Below are positions 1-12,064 of a stretch of DNA of 64,000 nucleotides, in pieces (within the stretch, counting starts at the first letter, position 1; every line of letters begins with the position of its first letter). A model generated the notes under the pieces. It saw nothing but the letters and a program-made list of their open reading frames with translations, was not told where the DNA came from and did not search any database. This DNA comes from the human T2T-CHM13v2.0 reference genome, Homo sapiens. Made by a program: the position numbers and the translations under genes. Location: the NCBI RefSeq assembly GCF_009914755.1, contig NC_060934.1, one strand, 5' to 3'.

Positions 1-439
1 CATTCTTTTGCAACAAATCCCTAACAACAAATTTCCTAGCTCTTTGCTCATTTGCCTATAACACTGTCAAGCAAAGCTCTTCAGGACAGAGATTCCAGGA
101 AATGAATAATAATGTGCTTTCAAGGACTTAATGCAAGCAAAGAAACCAAAAATTGATTAAAGAAATATTGTCCACTAGATAGATATCTTCATAATGAAAT
201 AAAGCTTCTGTTTCATTGATGTTAATTTGAATTTTATACAGAGCCTCTGTAATTGGGTAGAATCCTGGAGAGAGGAATCAAGGGAACACAAATTATAAGC
301 TTTTTCTATCATAATAAAAGAAGCATGCTTCATATCATTACTTTTCCTGCAGAACAGGATTTGATTCGGAGGAAAATCAAATTAACTTTTTAAAGTACTA
401 GTATTATGTAACGTGACGTAGTGTAAACTATCATAATAA

Positions 440-570
440 TTTGTTAGCATTTATTAAATGATTAAATTACTATATGCTAAGTACTTATATGCTGGCGTAG
501 ACATATATTCTCTCACTTAAATCCTCATAATAGCCCTGTGAGATAGATATTATTATATCCCCCATTCATA
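440..570 (-). mobile_element. MIR
   Basis: cacttaaatcctcataatagccctgtgagatagatattattatatccccatt. Confidence 0.7.
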
Positions 571-1759
571 ATATAATATGTTATGCAATTGAATCAAAGC
601 CATAGATATGCCTCTCTAAATTCAAGATAGAGGGTAAAATAACAAGGCAAGAAAAATAGGGAAGACTCAGCATTTCGCAAGCCAGGGCGCATAGTTGTTT
701 TCTATTATTGCAGAGTGAGTTTTTCAGTTTCATTATGAAGGTAAAAGCATTGTCAGCATTCAAACCATTGACATCAAGTCAGAAAAACTTATTGGAGAAG
801 TTTATTGTACTGATATTTCATCAAATGTACATTAAGGGGTTCCAAATGCAATGACCTACTTTCTAATCCCACCTTGGTCTATGTGATGTTTTGGCTATGC
901 TGCAGTTTTCCTGTATGCGTTATTGATTTCTATCTCACTCTTATTTCTATTGGCAGGTTGTTTTAACGGCAACAGAAAAGGTAGGAGTAGGTTATAAACT
1001 GAGGCTGTACTTCTGTCGTGCACTGTAAGCATTTTCTGGACTCCCCTGAAGCCTAGGAGTGCCAGGAGCACCAATTCTCTGGCTGTAATAAAACTTTCTA
1101 TATTTGGATGTGATTTATCTCATGAGTTGGTTTGAGGTATCTCAAAGTGTATATTAATTAAGCTCCAGCCCCACAGCTGGCAGCCTGTGTCTCTGACATA
1201 CCACTTCTAATGGGGACAGCTTGCTGACAAGAGGTTTGGCTACTACTTAACACCCATATACTTTATGAATTTTCAGGATTTGAACTTCTGCATGACTTTG
1301 GCCTGAATGATTTCCATAAAAATAAACCGAGTCCCAACACTTAGAAATACATTGCTTGTAAATTGTCTTTTCTGCTCGTTTCAATATTTGTTAATTCCTT
1401 TTATCTTCTTGGTGTCCTGACGGGTTCTTATTACTCCAGCTTCAAGGATCCAGAAGCAAGTTTGTGACTTTTGTGCATGTTGTCTGCAGAAAGACAGACC
1501 ATGCTAGTTGGATGCTCAAAAAAGAAATGCCCCTGGCTACCTCCTTTCTCTGTGGCATTATTCTGCCTGTGCAAAGAATTATTCCTGTTCTAACATCTCT
1601 GAAAGTGACTGAACAAACAATTTTTTTCCTTTCTCTAACGTGCTGCTTGATATTCTGAATGCTGATGATGCTGTTCAAAGTATTTTCAATCTATTAAGCA
1701 TTAACCTTTCAGTCTTAGATTCTCCCATAACACTTGGTGCATATCTCAGTTTACTGGTT

Positions 1760-1945
1760 ATATCCATTCCTTGATTATCCATTCTATGGTGAAGTCACAC
1801 CCTACAAGTGAACTTGAGGGTAGAGAATGTGTCTTATTCTTCTTTCTATCATGCGTGCTTTTACAGTGCCTGCCATAGATGGGTCCTCAGTACCTGTTCA
1901 TGGAGTGAATGAATAAATGGGGGAGTGAATGAATAAGTGAACAAT
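1760..1945 (+). mobile_element. L2 3' end
   Basis: cttgagggtagagaatgtgtcttatt...acagtgcctgccatag...gaatgaataaatg. Confidence 0.6.
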
Positions 1946-2049
1946 ACTGTACTCTGTTCACTTTATGAAACTAACAGAAACCTTGAGATTAAAAAAGAAC
2001 TAAAAAGAAAGATATAGGCCTAGCTCACTTGGGAAAATGCATGCAGAAT

Positions 2050-2540
2050 CCTAAATGAAATTCCAGCAAACCAAATTCAACAGTACATTAAAAGAATCAT
2101 CCAGTATGAACAAGGAGGGTTTATCCTGAAGCTGCAAGGATAGTTTTCTATTAAGAAAGCTATTGCTGGTGGTGTGGAAATGTAAAGTGTTACAGCCATT
2201 TTGGAAAGCAATCTAGCAATATCTATTAAAGTTGAAAATATATATGTCTTTTGAGCCAGCTATTCTACTCCTGGGAATCCATCCCACAGAAATAAATGCA
2301 CAAGTGCATGAGAATACACATACAAAAATGTTTCCTGTAGCATGGTTCAGAGTGGCAAAAAAGTGGAAACAAAGTTAATGCCCATCAGTGGAGAAGAATT
2401 AAATTATGATGGCACACCCACTCTATAGGATATTATGCAACCTTTAAAGAGAATGAATTAGAGTGATGATTTCTACAAGGTATTATTTGATGATAAAAAG
2501 GAAAGTGCATTAAGAGTAATTATAAGATCCCATTTGGCTA
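2050..2540 (+). mobile_element. Old L1M fragments (ORF2 piece plus 3' end)
   Basis: aaattcaacagtacattaaaagaatcat...gggtttatcc (L1 ORF2) and cagctattctactcctgggaatc...aaagtggaaacaa (L1M 3' region). Confidence 0.75.
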
Positions 2541-2619
2541 AAAAGTAAAAACAAACCCCAAAAAGCCAAACAGAAAACAAACAAATCTGTGTAGTTGTCT
2601 ATTTACTCATTGAATAACT

Positions 2620-2775
2620 TTGTAAATATTACTTATTTTGATCTGTTTCCTTCTTTGTAAAATTGGGGGCAATAATAGTACATATCTTAGAGGATTTTTG
2701 AGAGATTAAAGGAGCTAATACATATAAAATGTCAGGTACATAGAAGGTAACTGATGAATATTAGCTATTATTATT
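2620..2775 (+). mobile_element. MIR
   Basis: ctgtttccttctttgtaaaattggggcaataatagtac...gattaaaggagctaatac. Confidence 0.65.
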
Positions 2776-3414
2776 AGGTTGTAGACCTGAATAGAATATG
2801 CAGAATCCAATGAAAAATATGGAAGAATACATAGTAGATTGTTAACCTAGTTTTGTTTTGTGTAGAAGAGGGGCTGATGTTGAAGGGAGAAAGTTCAAGT
2901 AAATAAGGAAAATAAATGTATATTTCACATTTATGAATTTATTTTAAATTGTGGCACATGGAACTATATATAAAGAAATTAAAATATTTTTAAAAGGAAA
3001 AATCTGTTACTAGGTTTATCAAATCAATTGACCCAATAAGAAAGAATAGTACAAAATTATATACATTGAAAGACATTTACTAAAATTCAATCCCATCCCT
3101 CCTTAAGCACCTGTAAAAAAATTTTGAAAGGTGCTTATTTAAATATATAAAGGATAAATATTTAAAATCATAGCCATCATTAACTCTGATAGGGAAAGAA
3201 TAGAACCAGACTTCTCATTTATGTATTTTCTGGGATGGCAATTCTGCAAGTGGAAAAAACGGATTCTTGTAAGTGCAATAATTTGGGAACATGTTGCTCA
3301 CAAGTAGCCCACACCTGAGTCATGGTGAATATCAGGATGGCAGAAGTCTAAGAGGTCCTTTTCCACCTTTCGTTCTAGGTAAACTGTCACTTCCTCAGAG
3401 ATGTGGGCCCAGAG

Positions 3415-3454
3415 ACATGGACCTGTTTCTTCATACATGGACCTGTTTCTTCAT
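3415..3454. repeat. Perfect 20-bp tandem duplication
   Basis: acatggacctgtttcttcat x2. Confidence 0.95.
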
Positions 3455-3706
3455 ATGTGTCCCCTTTTCCTCCATGCTCTGTCACATTGCTCTGTGTCCT
3501 CCCATTGCAACCATTAATTAAGGGAACACCAAGAAACACAGCGAAACTTTCTTAAGAATTTTCTCCTTATGTGCTCTAGCTGTTATTTACACTGTAGTTT
3601 CCTTGATTTAATCAGATTTCTTCATGAAAATTTTTCTTCTTAAGGACTTTTTAAAGAAGTTTACCTTTAAAAAAGCAACTTGTGTGGACATTGCAGCAGA
3701 GTCATG

Positions 3707-3833
3707 ATGACGTCATTGCTACTGTGTGCATGGCTTGTTGAGAGGTATTGACTCATGGTGGAATTTCAGGTGTTGGTTTTTCATGCTTGCAAAAATGAGG
3801 CAGTAGTTCTTGCATCCCGCCTTTCCTGGAAGT
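3707..3833. promoter_or_regulatory. Candidate intronic enhancer: CRE, AP-1 and STAT/ETS motifs
   Basis: ATGACGTCAT 3707-3716, TGACTCA 3749-3755, TTCCTGGAA(GT) 3823-3833 in non-repeat sequence. Motif evidence only. Confidence 0.4.
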
Positions 3834-4381
3834 ACTTTGTGCACAATAGAATGCATTTTTACGGAGTGCTTTTCAGTTCCCCTGATGGAGTGAGTTTGAC
3901 ATTGGCAAGATAGCGTTATGATTGCTATCAAAGTTCAAAGACCATTTTTCTTTCTCGTGGTTAACTTTATAAGCAGCCAGTGTGGCCAAACAGCTAGGTT
4001 ATCTCTTATCTTTCTTAGTGCTTTGTGTTAAGATCTGTTTAAGCCTGTGACTATTTTTTTTCCCTTTTTTGGGGGTAGGGTGGTCGGGAGAGGTTTTCAG
4101 AATTGAAAGAATTTCTTCTCTTTTTTTTCTTTCTTGTGATCACAAAATAACTGTGTTAAGCTTTATACTTGAGCAGAACTCTAGTATAGATAAAATGTGT
4201 ATTTGCCCCTAATCAGTTGGGCTGAATTTCTGTGTTGTACTGCAGTGATTATAGCCACTGTCAGATTTTCTGATTACTGGCATCTCTACCAGCCACCCTT
4301 AGATAAAAAACTCCATTTGTCCTGAACCAATAAGCACAGATGGGCTATTTAACCACATTCATATATGTCTTTCTCCTCCAG

Positions 4382-4543
4382 GTCCTTATGAACATGGAAG
4401 ACATAAAAGTTCGTGAAACACAGATTTTTGACTACAGGAAAAAAATAGCTGAATCAGAGATTAAATTAAAACAGCAACAGAACCTATATGAAGCTGTGAG
4501 ATCAGACAGAAATCTGTATAGCAAAAATCTGGTTGAGGCTCAG
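4382..4543 (+). CDS. CFAP58: CFAP58 coding exon (probably exon 10), 162 nt, phase 0-0: VLMNMEDIKVRETQIFDYRKKIAESEIKLKQQQNLYEAVRSDRNLYSKNLVEAQ
   Basis: Acceptor tctttctcctccag, donor CAG|gtaaat. Coiled-coil translation (YEAVRSDRNLYSKNL) recognised as CFAP58/CCDC147. Joins the next exon in frame. Confidence 0.95.
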
Positions 4544-4765
4544 GTAAATAATATATTTATATCCTTACATTTTGATTTATTTTTACCCTGCATTTAAAAC
4601 AGTTTCTGTTATCCTAATGGCAGAATTTAGAATAGATTAAAAAAAAAACTCATGGAATTCACCTGAAAAGATCAATTTACGCAAAACTGTCAGGTTATTT
4701 GAAATGGAAATGACACATCTTAATAGGATGTGGAGATCATGGTCCTACTTTTAATTATTATGTAG

Positions 4766-5096
<331 letters not shown>

Positions 5097-5477
5097 TAAT
5101 TTTTAAAACTGCTAATAGCTACCATGACTCAGAGGGCAGCAGCATACTCTTGAATTCCAGAGCTTCACTTCAAAATCTTTTAGTTATATGTTTGTTGTGC
5201 TTCCAATTCCTTTTGTAAAAGGAGGAATAAGGTGTGTGCGTGTGATGTTCATTATGCATATTTTGTGTGTATCTCATGAGAATATTTTGCGAGTTAATAC
5301 AATAAAGTACTTTGAGGTCGATGGGCACTAGAGACAAAGGAATAGTCTAGTTGTAATTGATCAAGAGACCATTGTTTTGAGAGAGCGTCCCTTAAAAGCT
5401 CTGAAATATATATTGAACTTCCATAGGGACGATGATGTCTAATTCACTTTCAAACATTTCTCCTTTCATTTGGTTAG

Positions 5478-5624
5478 GATGAAATAACAGATATGAAGAG
5501 AAAGTTAAAGATTATGATCCATCAGGTAGATGAGCTGAAAGAAGACATCTCTGCCAAAGAGTCCGCACTTGTGAAGCTGCACCTGGAACAGCAGCGAATA
5601 GAAAAGGAAAAGGAAACATTGAAG
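5478..5624 (+). CDS. CFAP58: CFAP58 coding exon (probably 11), 147 nt, phase 0-0: DEITDMKRKLKIMIHQVDELKEDISAKESALVKLHLEQQRIEKEKETLK
   Basis: Acceptor tttcatttggttag, donor AAG|gtactg. Open frame translated by hand (absent from the ORF track), heptad-rich and continuous with neighbouring exons. Confidence 0.95.
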
Positions 5625-8516
5625 GTACTGACCTCATAGTAAAAGCAAAGTACCAACAGTTCATCAGCCCGCTCAGGCGGCCTCCAGTCTCACTGAAGGC
5701 AGCCAGGGGCAGGGAGAACAACCACGCCTGCCTGTGGTCACAGTTGCTAGTTACCCAAACCAAGCACACAAGGCACCAGGAGGATGAGCTTTACCATCTC
5801 TAGGTCAGGGCTCCTTACAGGTAGTGCTGCTAGGTAGAATGGGGGAAGGGAGCAGTGGAGATGCAAACACACCCCTTTCATTTATGCAGGCTATCATACA
5901 TCAGTGGGAGAGAACCTAGCAGGTTGGCAGTGCCAAGAAATCCTTGAACTTACAAGCTTGCTACAATCCCTCTGCATTCACAACCAAGTACAACCATTGT
6001 GCTCACACCCAACCCTCCCAAACTCCTCCCTGGGATGCTTTGTACCTCTGTTTTTTACTTTGTGTGCATGTGACGTTTCTATCTGCAGTCTTATCAACTG
6101 GGTGTTAGAGCTCTGTTCTCACTTGGTTTACCCTTGACCAGGTTTGTAGTTCACTTTACCTCTGCAGGTCTAAGAACTTTGCAGCTGCTCTTCCAGGGAT
6201 CATCTCTGTCTTCATATATCTTACTAAGACATACCCTTTAAAATCTACTAATTTAGATATTCTATGTCTACTAACATAAGGACCCTTTCCAAGAATACAA
6301 AGCAAATAATTATGCCATTTTAAATCCTCTAACCAAATATGTTTCACTATACACACCACTAAACCTAATGTATTTTTCTTTTTCCTATCCAGTCCAATAG
6401 ATTTCCCTTCCAATCCAATTGACCAAGGATTAAAAAAGGAACTTCTAAGAAAATAATGCCACTTTTGTTATGAAAATATATGTGCAGAATACTCATGGGT
6501 GCTTAAGAGCCACTTGCAGAAACTGTTTACAACAAATTAGAGACTGGGTACCTTGCTTTCTGCACATATTAGCTTTCAAAGATAGTCACTGTCTTGAAAA
6601 TTTATATCTAGTGTTGGGCAGGCTCAATGCCATATTTTCTAGATTCTAAGATACCATAGATTGAAATAGGCACTCTCAATTTAATAATGAGTTTTGTCAA
6701 GTTAATGATAGGTTTTCATGGAAATAAAATTACTACATTAAATTAACTTAAAGCTCATTTTATTTGAGAAACTGTAACAAAAGTGCATGTACAAAAAAGA
6801 TATTGTAACTGATATATTTACCTGTCTCAGACATTCATCTCCCCCACTCTAGCTTATGACAGAAAAAGAATAGAAGATTCTGCATTGTTTTTTATATATA
6901 AAGAAATATACATATATTTTCTAAAACTGGAAAATGTTCTGCATCTTTGCCCTTGTACTCCCTGTTTGAAACCAGAGTTTTATAGAAAACAGTTTGTTCC
7001 ACTGTGGAGCTTGTAGTGGGATAGGGTTTATTTATTGCTGAATGAATCGGAAGAAACTTATTTTAAACATTGCTTCACCCATGAGTGGTATGGACCATGT
7101 TAGCAAGGCTCAATGTAATCCATTTGGTGCATCATCTCTTTCCCTTTAAAGGATGGTGTTGGGTCTCATCTCTTACTTTCCCTAGTAATGCTCTATTCAA
7201 AAGATTAATTATTACTCCATAATGGGGTCCAAGTTGGAACTAATGTCGTTCTACAAAATCCTGCTTTAGAACAAGTGTCCTATACAAAATATCAATTATT
7301 CCTAATTCCTCAGAGTTTGACTTTAGCTAATATTTGTTTCATTTATGGCCTCTGCCATCAGGTGTCTACATAAAGCTCAAAAGAAGCATCATAATACAAT
7401 AAAATACAGGGCAATAAAGTCCTGTATCATTTGGACCTGGGCCAGCAGATTTGGCAGCTGGTGAACATGAAGGATGATTAAAAGGCTTCTGCTCCAGAGA
7501 CTGCTCCAAATGGAGAATCCCAGGTCTGGATGGCTTTAGGTCATCGATTATAGGAAGATGATTGCTTTGGACTTACTGTTGAACTGGGATGCCCTTTCTC
7601 CCTGCATTTCCAATGAAGGCAAGAATGAGGAGCAGAGAGAGAGGCCTGCCTGATTTATTATTTGAGTCTATCCAAGGGTGACTTGCAATGGTGCTCCGAC
7701 TGGATAATTTTGGCCTATCATTAAGCTCGTTTGACATTCTCTAGAAAAATATGACAGCTCAAATGTTGAGTTTTAGCCTCTTGACTTTTTTAGCCTAAGA
7801 ATGAATCACATTTCACACAGGTCCCTGGATTTCATGCATCTGAAGTCTGCCAACCAAAACCCTGAGGGAAAGGGCAGATTTTCTAGTAACTTTGCTCCAA
7901 GAGACATTTATCTCATTATTGCGAGTTGTACGAAGCTACGCGGGTACATAATCCCTCTTGGAGGGGCAAGCCTTTGCCTGCTAGGTAGCCTGTAAGATAC
8001 CCTTGGACAGGACAATTCAATTTATGACTTTTCCAAGCCGATAGGCAAACGACTGTCTTTAGTAGGTCATCCTCATCTTCATTCATCCCCTTCAGCAGAC
8101 AAATCTTGTCCTTCCATGTTTCTTTTACTTTTTCTGTTGCTACCAGGCTCCACTGATGCCTGAGGATCCTGTACACTGTCAGCACATTATGGTTGTGACA
8201 GGATGTCAGTAGTTCTCTGCAGATGTTGCTGTGTCTGCATTCATCTGCCCATTGTGTCCCAGGCTTGTTTCATCAGCACTGAAGGAACCATCTCATTTGG
8301 AGTTACTGCCTTCCAGTCCTAACAAGCCCCTGCTTCTATCTTGTCTCTTTCCAATCATCCTACATGTATCTGATAGCACTTTGATTCTTGGTGAATAATT
8401 CAGCAGCAAATTCTCTGTGTCTAGAGCTCAGCACCACATTAGAGCCTGGCTTCAGGGCACCATATTCTTTTACTCAGTGGACTCTGTAGCCTGCCATGGA
8501 TAGGGAGCTGTTATCC

Positions 8517-8518
<2 letters not shown>

Positions 8519-8598
<80 letters not shown>

Positions 8599-8621
8599 AA
8601 GAAAGAGAAAGAGAGAGAGAG
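8519..8621. repeat. (GA)33 perfect microsatellite plus GA/AA-interrupted tail (~100-nt pure purine tract)
   Basis: Read directly from the sequence. Confidence 0.98.
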
Positions 8622-10449
8622 CCTAATTATTCTCATGGCTAGAAGACTTCAGGTGGTACTATTTGTTTTGCTAGATTTAAACAGATGATTTCTATGAAAC
8701 TCGTGTTGAGATCATGTATGAATGGGAGAAATTCTACAAGTATGACTCTTGAGATATGATTTATGCCCATAGCCAAATCTGGTTACAGATAATCCATAAT
8801 GCCTTTTGCAAAATTGTATAATTGTGGAAGCAGTGAGTAAAGGCTGTGTCCCGCCATCTCATTATAACTTTTTACCACCAGTAACACTTGGATAGGTGCA
8901 GAAACCTCAGGTCCCACCTAGGGCGTTGCTTGATGAGCTTTTGAATGCATAGTGGTTGTTGCCATCCTTCCTGGGTGAGATGGCTCAGTTTTATAACTGC
9001 TAAATGCATTAGACCCAAGGTATTTTGTTGATGTTAACATTTTCTGCCAATGTCTAATGCCACATCTTGTTTACAGCCCATAAATTTATGACATAAGGAG
9101 ACCACTCAGAATTTTGATATATTATGAAAAAAGTACCCAGCAATGCCAAATGCACGAGTGGTTTTACATTTCAGACAGATACTTTTACACACTGTTGATT
9201 GCATTTGAATATAACAGGGGTTTCATTTTGTTCTGCTGATGGATTCTGATCAGCTCTTGGCACTTAAGAACAGGGAAGTGAATGTTGCACATCTGGGAAA
9301 ATAAAAGTTTTATTAAAGAAAGCATGAGCCAAACAGGTATTTTATTGCTGTCTTTGCTGTCACCTTAAATGATTATAGAAACAGAAAGGCTGGTTCTTTG
9401 TTCTCTTTCCTAACAGACAATCCCCCCAAGTGGTAAATACTAGATGAGATCTTTTCTCAATAAGTATTTCCTTTTGCTTATCCCTAGACCAAAACATATT
9501 TCATGAATGAACAAACAAAATGTCATAAAAGAAACCCTTTGTTTTATAGTACCTGGTTGCATTCAGTTTGTGATGTTACACATCTGTTACAAGGTACACA
9601 GTATCTTTTACTGTTTGGATAAGTCTGAGGTGTAGAATTAATGACTTTTGGTTTTCATGGGGCAGAGACAGACCGTAACTAAAGTTGGGTTGGTTCAAAG
9701 GCACTTAAAAGTATGAGGTTTCCATCATCTTGGTGTCATTTCTGGGTAGGCGGGGGTCCAAATATTGACTTGAAGGAAAAAATTATTACTCTTTTACTGA
9801 CATTTGCCAACTTGCAAGCCACTGACAAGTTGAAACCTTAATATTATCTTGTCATCTCCGTTGTGATTCCAGCATGGGGGAAAGCAGAGCTCTTCCTCCA
9901 CATTTGCTTCTTTTTGTTCTGACCTGGTCTGTGATATCCATCATGCATCCCAGTTGGGCATGGAACCTCTCAAAGGCATATTCTTCTTTCCTGTAACGTA
10001 TGTAACTTTGGTTCCCCCACTGCATGCCCTATATAGTGCATGGCACACAAGGCCTTTCCCTGTCTGGCTTAGCTGTTTGTGAGCCTTACCTCCAGCTATT
10101 CCCTACCTAACTCTCTAATTCAGCCATACTGGCTGTTCCACTGTCTGGTGAACACACCAGGTACTTTATAGTTTGCATGCCTTTGTTCCCAAAAGCCTGA
10201 CTGTTGAATGCCCTGCTCTAACACATACCCTTCCATGTTGGCAATATCTGTCAACTGCCAGTGACCTGACTGGTTCTTCCCTCTAAACCCCAGGCAGAAA
10301 TATAAACTCCTTTATGTGTACACACATGTCCTTTTCACATAGGTAGATAGCATTTTCACACTTGTTGGTTATCCATCATCTTCAATGGATGGCGAATCCC
10401 TCAAGTCTTGCTTATCTTCTATATTTAATTTGGAACTCTTGGGTGGTGA

Positions 10450-10630
10450 CAATAGAAGGAGCACAGGCTTTGGAATCAAAAGATCTGGGTTGGAATCTCA
10501 ATCTGCTATTTAATAGCTCCATGACCTTGGGCAAGTTGCTTGCTTTTGTCTCTGTAATTGCATTAAATGGAGACAGGAGTAGTTACGCAAATGCCTAGTA
10601 TCATGCCTGGGATATGGTAGGTCACAAACA
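10450..10630 (+). mobile_element. MIR
   Basis: ggctttggaatcaaaagatctgggttggaatc...tgaccttgggcaagtt. Confidence 0.7.
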
Positions 10631-11320
10631 AACTTGTGGAATAGAAATGAACATGCACTTTGATGAGACAAAAATTGTCCTGCTGAAACTTAACAGTCCA
10701 TAGCACCCTTTCTCCATAATTCCTGTGATTTTCATATAAACTTAGGGGCCAGATTCAGGTCTGAGCTCTCTGAGAAAGCAGTCCTGCTACCCCCAGTCTA
10801 ATGATGATTTTTTCTTTGACCTCCCATAATATCGATTCACTGTCTGTGTGATAATCAAGACGCTGAAAAATTATTGCCTGGACTTCTTAATATTTGCATA
10901 ATATTTGTCTATCTTATCCTCTCATCTGGGTTGGAAGTGCCATAGAAGTAGGATCTATATATCTTTTTATAAATGACATCCCTTCTGTTTCATCAGGATG
11001 TTTTACAAGATAGACAGTTATTATCTTTGACTAGTTTAATTTTGCTTACAAAGGGCTTTACCTTTGCAGTTCGTGTGCTGGTGGTGGTAGGGCCATTACA
11101 GGAGCTGGTACACACAGAGGCCTCCCCTGTCCTCACCCCCACATCCTGCTCTGCACTATTCTTTGTGAATTCTCCTGGTGTTTAGCTGGTAAGAGATGAA
11201 GTGCTGCTGAATACCAATGAAGCCCCTGCTACACATATATAGAAAAATGATAGAAATCCCTCAAGGGCACAACTCAGAATAAACATGATGACTGTAATGT
11301 GCATTGCTATTTCTTTATGA

Positions 11321-11346
11321 GTGTGTGTGTGTGTGTGTGTGTGTGT
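11321..11346. repeat. (GT)13 microsatellite
   Basis: Read directly from the sequence. Confidence 0.95.
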
Positions 11347-11504
11347 TGTAAGCTTGTTTTGCTTGTGAGAGTGATCAAACTGTGTTAAATGAAACATCAG
11401 AGGAAAGAGTAAGAAGCACAACTGTACATCTGAATCCGGGCCCTGTCGTCCTGGTTTGTGCTGTAACGAATTGAAATTTGCCTGTATCTTCCACTCTTTG
11501 TCAG

Positions 11505-11645
11505 GCTGAGCTGCAGAAGCTGAGACAACAAGCCCTGGAGACAAAACACTTTATTGAAAAGCAAGAAGCTGAAGAGAGAAAACTCCTGCGAATAATTGCT
11601 GAGGCTGACGGGGAGAGGTTGAGACAGAAGAAGGAATTAGACCAG
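11505..11645 (+). CDS. CFAP58: CFAP58 coding exon (probably 12), 141 nt, phase 0-0: AELQKLRQQALETKHFIEKQEAEERKLLRIIAEADGERLRQKKELDQ
   Basis: Acceptor cttccactctttgtcag, donor CAG|gtagag. Core of ORF 11478..11786. Confidence 0.95.
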
Positions 11646-11969
11646 GTAGAGCATCTCCTTGTCAGACTTGCAGACCTTGTCAACAGACACGGGTATTTAA
11701 TTCCACCCTTCGAAACTTCCTTCCTCTCTAAGCTCTTCCAACCAGCCCTATTGGAAGAACAGCAGCAGAGACCCATCTTGTGTTGATTAATTATGAAATA
11801 TTCACTCCTTTATTTGACTTATGAGCACTTCCCACGCCTTAGTCACTCCTCTAGGCACTAGGGACACGTTGGCCACCAAGACAATAAGGTTCATCCTCAA
11901 GGAGCTTGCATTCTAGTATAATACAGTTGCTCACATATAATTGCAATTAATAATTACATGATTTGATCT

Positions 11970-12064
11970 TGACTGGGTGTTCACATGTATGTGTAAGATA
12001 TGCCTCCCTCAAACCTTATCACGATGTCGGCACATTACCCATCCAACATGAAAAAAATAAAAAA
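11970..12064 (+). pseudogene. U13 (SNORD13) C/D snoRNA retrocopy, 5'-truncated, with A-tail
   Basis: tgactgggtgttcacatgtatgtgtaagatatgcctccctcaaaccttatcacgatgtcggcacattacccatccaac aligns to the U13 3' portion as I recall it. Box D CTGA reads CCAA. Followed by aaaaaaataaaaaa. Confidence 0.85.

Noticed and set aside
5123-5143. CTCF-like tgactcagagggcagcagca
   Set aside because: Lacks the conserved 5' CC of the core motif; unsupported without ChIP data.
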